Shown here: positions 62,900-64,000 of the stretch, one piece after another | Numbering within the stretch: position 1 is the first letter of the stretch | Layout of the letters: every line of letters starts with the position of its first letter | Assembly (NCBI GenBank): GCA_011109175.1 | Contig: RDEW01000004.1 | Coordinates: 272,030-336,029, forward strand | DNA from: Dicyema japonicum | Lineage: Eukaryota > Animalia > Dicyemida | Length of the DNA stretch: 64,000 nt | Reading direction: 5' to 3' | Notes under the pieces: generated by a model | Told to the model about the DNA's origin: nothing | The model's database searches: none | The model's input: the letters and a program-made list of their open reading frames with translations, nothing else | Position numbers and translations under genes: made by a program

Positions 62900-64000
62900 C
62901 GGGGAAATCTTATCTTCCAAAATCATGATGATGAAGGAGGCAATCAGCAGTATATGGAGAAATGAAACTGACCGTATATGGAAGGCTAGGGCTGCAAAGA
63001 TTGATATAAAATTCTCTGTTTTTGGAAATGCTATCGGAAGATGATGTGTTCAAAGTCTGGGGCAGAATTATATTAAATAAACCAAACGGGGGAGTATGCA
63101 TTACGGAAGAAACACAGGGACCAGCTCCAAAAAATTCAGGGTGTGGATCCGTGGACAAAAATAAGGTGTCTGCCGATATATTTAAACAATCAGACGAGGA
63201 ACTGCTTATTGCTGAAGGCATTCTTAGCGTTTTAGAAGTGATGAAGGCTATCAGGGAATGCAGGTCAATGCTCCAGGATGTTACCACATATCAATGAAAT
63301 TTATCCAAGAGGGTCCAGATATTTTATTTGACTATCTGCGATGGTGGGTGTTTACGACTTGGTCTCCTCCCTTTAAGATAGAAAAAAGCTGTCGTAAGGA
63401 TGATTCCAAAACCAGGAAAGTCAAAAAGAGATCCGGCAAGCTACAGGCATATTAGCTTAAAATTTTCTTTCCGAAAGTGATTGAACGTATCATTTTCAAA
63501 AAGCAAAGCAGACATATAGAAGAGAATGACTTTCTGTTTCCTGAGCAGTAGGGTTTTTTTCCAGAAGAAGCTGTGCAGACTGTTCCTTTCTACTAAATTG
63601 TGGAATCATGAAAACAAGGGATTCCAAGAGGCAAATAACTCATTATGTCTTGATATCTCGAAAGCATTCGACAGTGTATGCCATGAAGCGTTGTTAAAGC
63701 AGCTTGTGTTCCAAGATACCTATTTGTTTGGCTAAGAAGTTATCTTCAGGAAATACCTATTTTTTGTGAAGGTTTGTGGAAATATATCCGATGCAATGTT
63801 ATTCAAGAGAAGAGTACCACAAGGTTCAGTATTGAGCCCTATTTTGTTTAATATATTCATTGCGAGTTTTCCACGTCCGAGGAATATTAATACAGTATGA
63901 CCTCCAGTTGGAACAGACCTCTGGCTTGGGGAACCTCTATTTTTGGGAAACGTCTGTTTTTGGGGCAATTTTTCAAAATGGATGCTCCAAATGGAGGTTA
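62900..64000 (+). mobile_element. LINE family A RT region, decayed
   Basis: EVMKAIRECR, CLDISKAFDSVCH, VPQGSVLSPILFNIFI. Confidence 0.85.

Noticed and set aside
1-64000. Ciliate or variant genetic code, prokaryotic origin, or myxozoan identity
   Set aside because: TAA, TAG and TGA all terminate reconstructed genes. Spliceosomal introns and animal genes are present, and STPG2 argues for a ciliated organism. No rRNA was seen.

Overview
AT-rich eukaryotic (animal) genomic DNA, standard genetic code. Nine protein genes sit as islands in decayed transposon sequence. The ORF track shows most only as fragments (and essentially misses TMEM222) because eight of them are split by GT-AG introns of mostly 21-28 nt. 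The genes, reconstructed by manual splicing, are linker histone H1, Prickle-type PET/LIM protein, a class A peptide-type GPCR, TMEM222, STPG2, MnSOD (one +1 frameshift), RAD1, syntaxin-7/12 and an apparently intronless, strongly divergent histone H4-like ORF. The rest is mostly non-LTR retrotransposon debris: about 11 CRE-like RLE fragments (two with an N-terminal PHD finger), R4/Dong-like RLE elements, RTE elements with (TAA)n tails and 12-bp TSDs, and Jockey/I-like APE LINEs, plus hAT and pogo/Tigger remnants. Many copies are nested and internally deleted. Micro-introns, metazoan signalling genes and a ciliary gene suggest a dicyemid or orthonectid-type animal; this is inference only. The most interesting items are the H4-like protein, the micro-intron regime, the PHD-bearing CRE elements and a LINE segment captured between 6-bp direct repeats. 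All protein and family assignments come from recognised motifs, not database searches, and TE boundaries are approximate.
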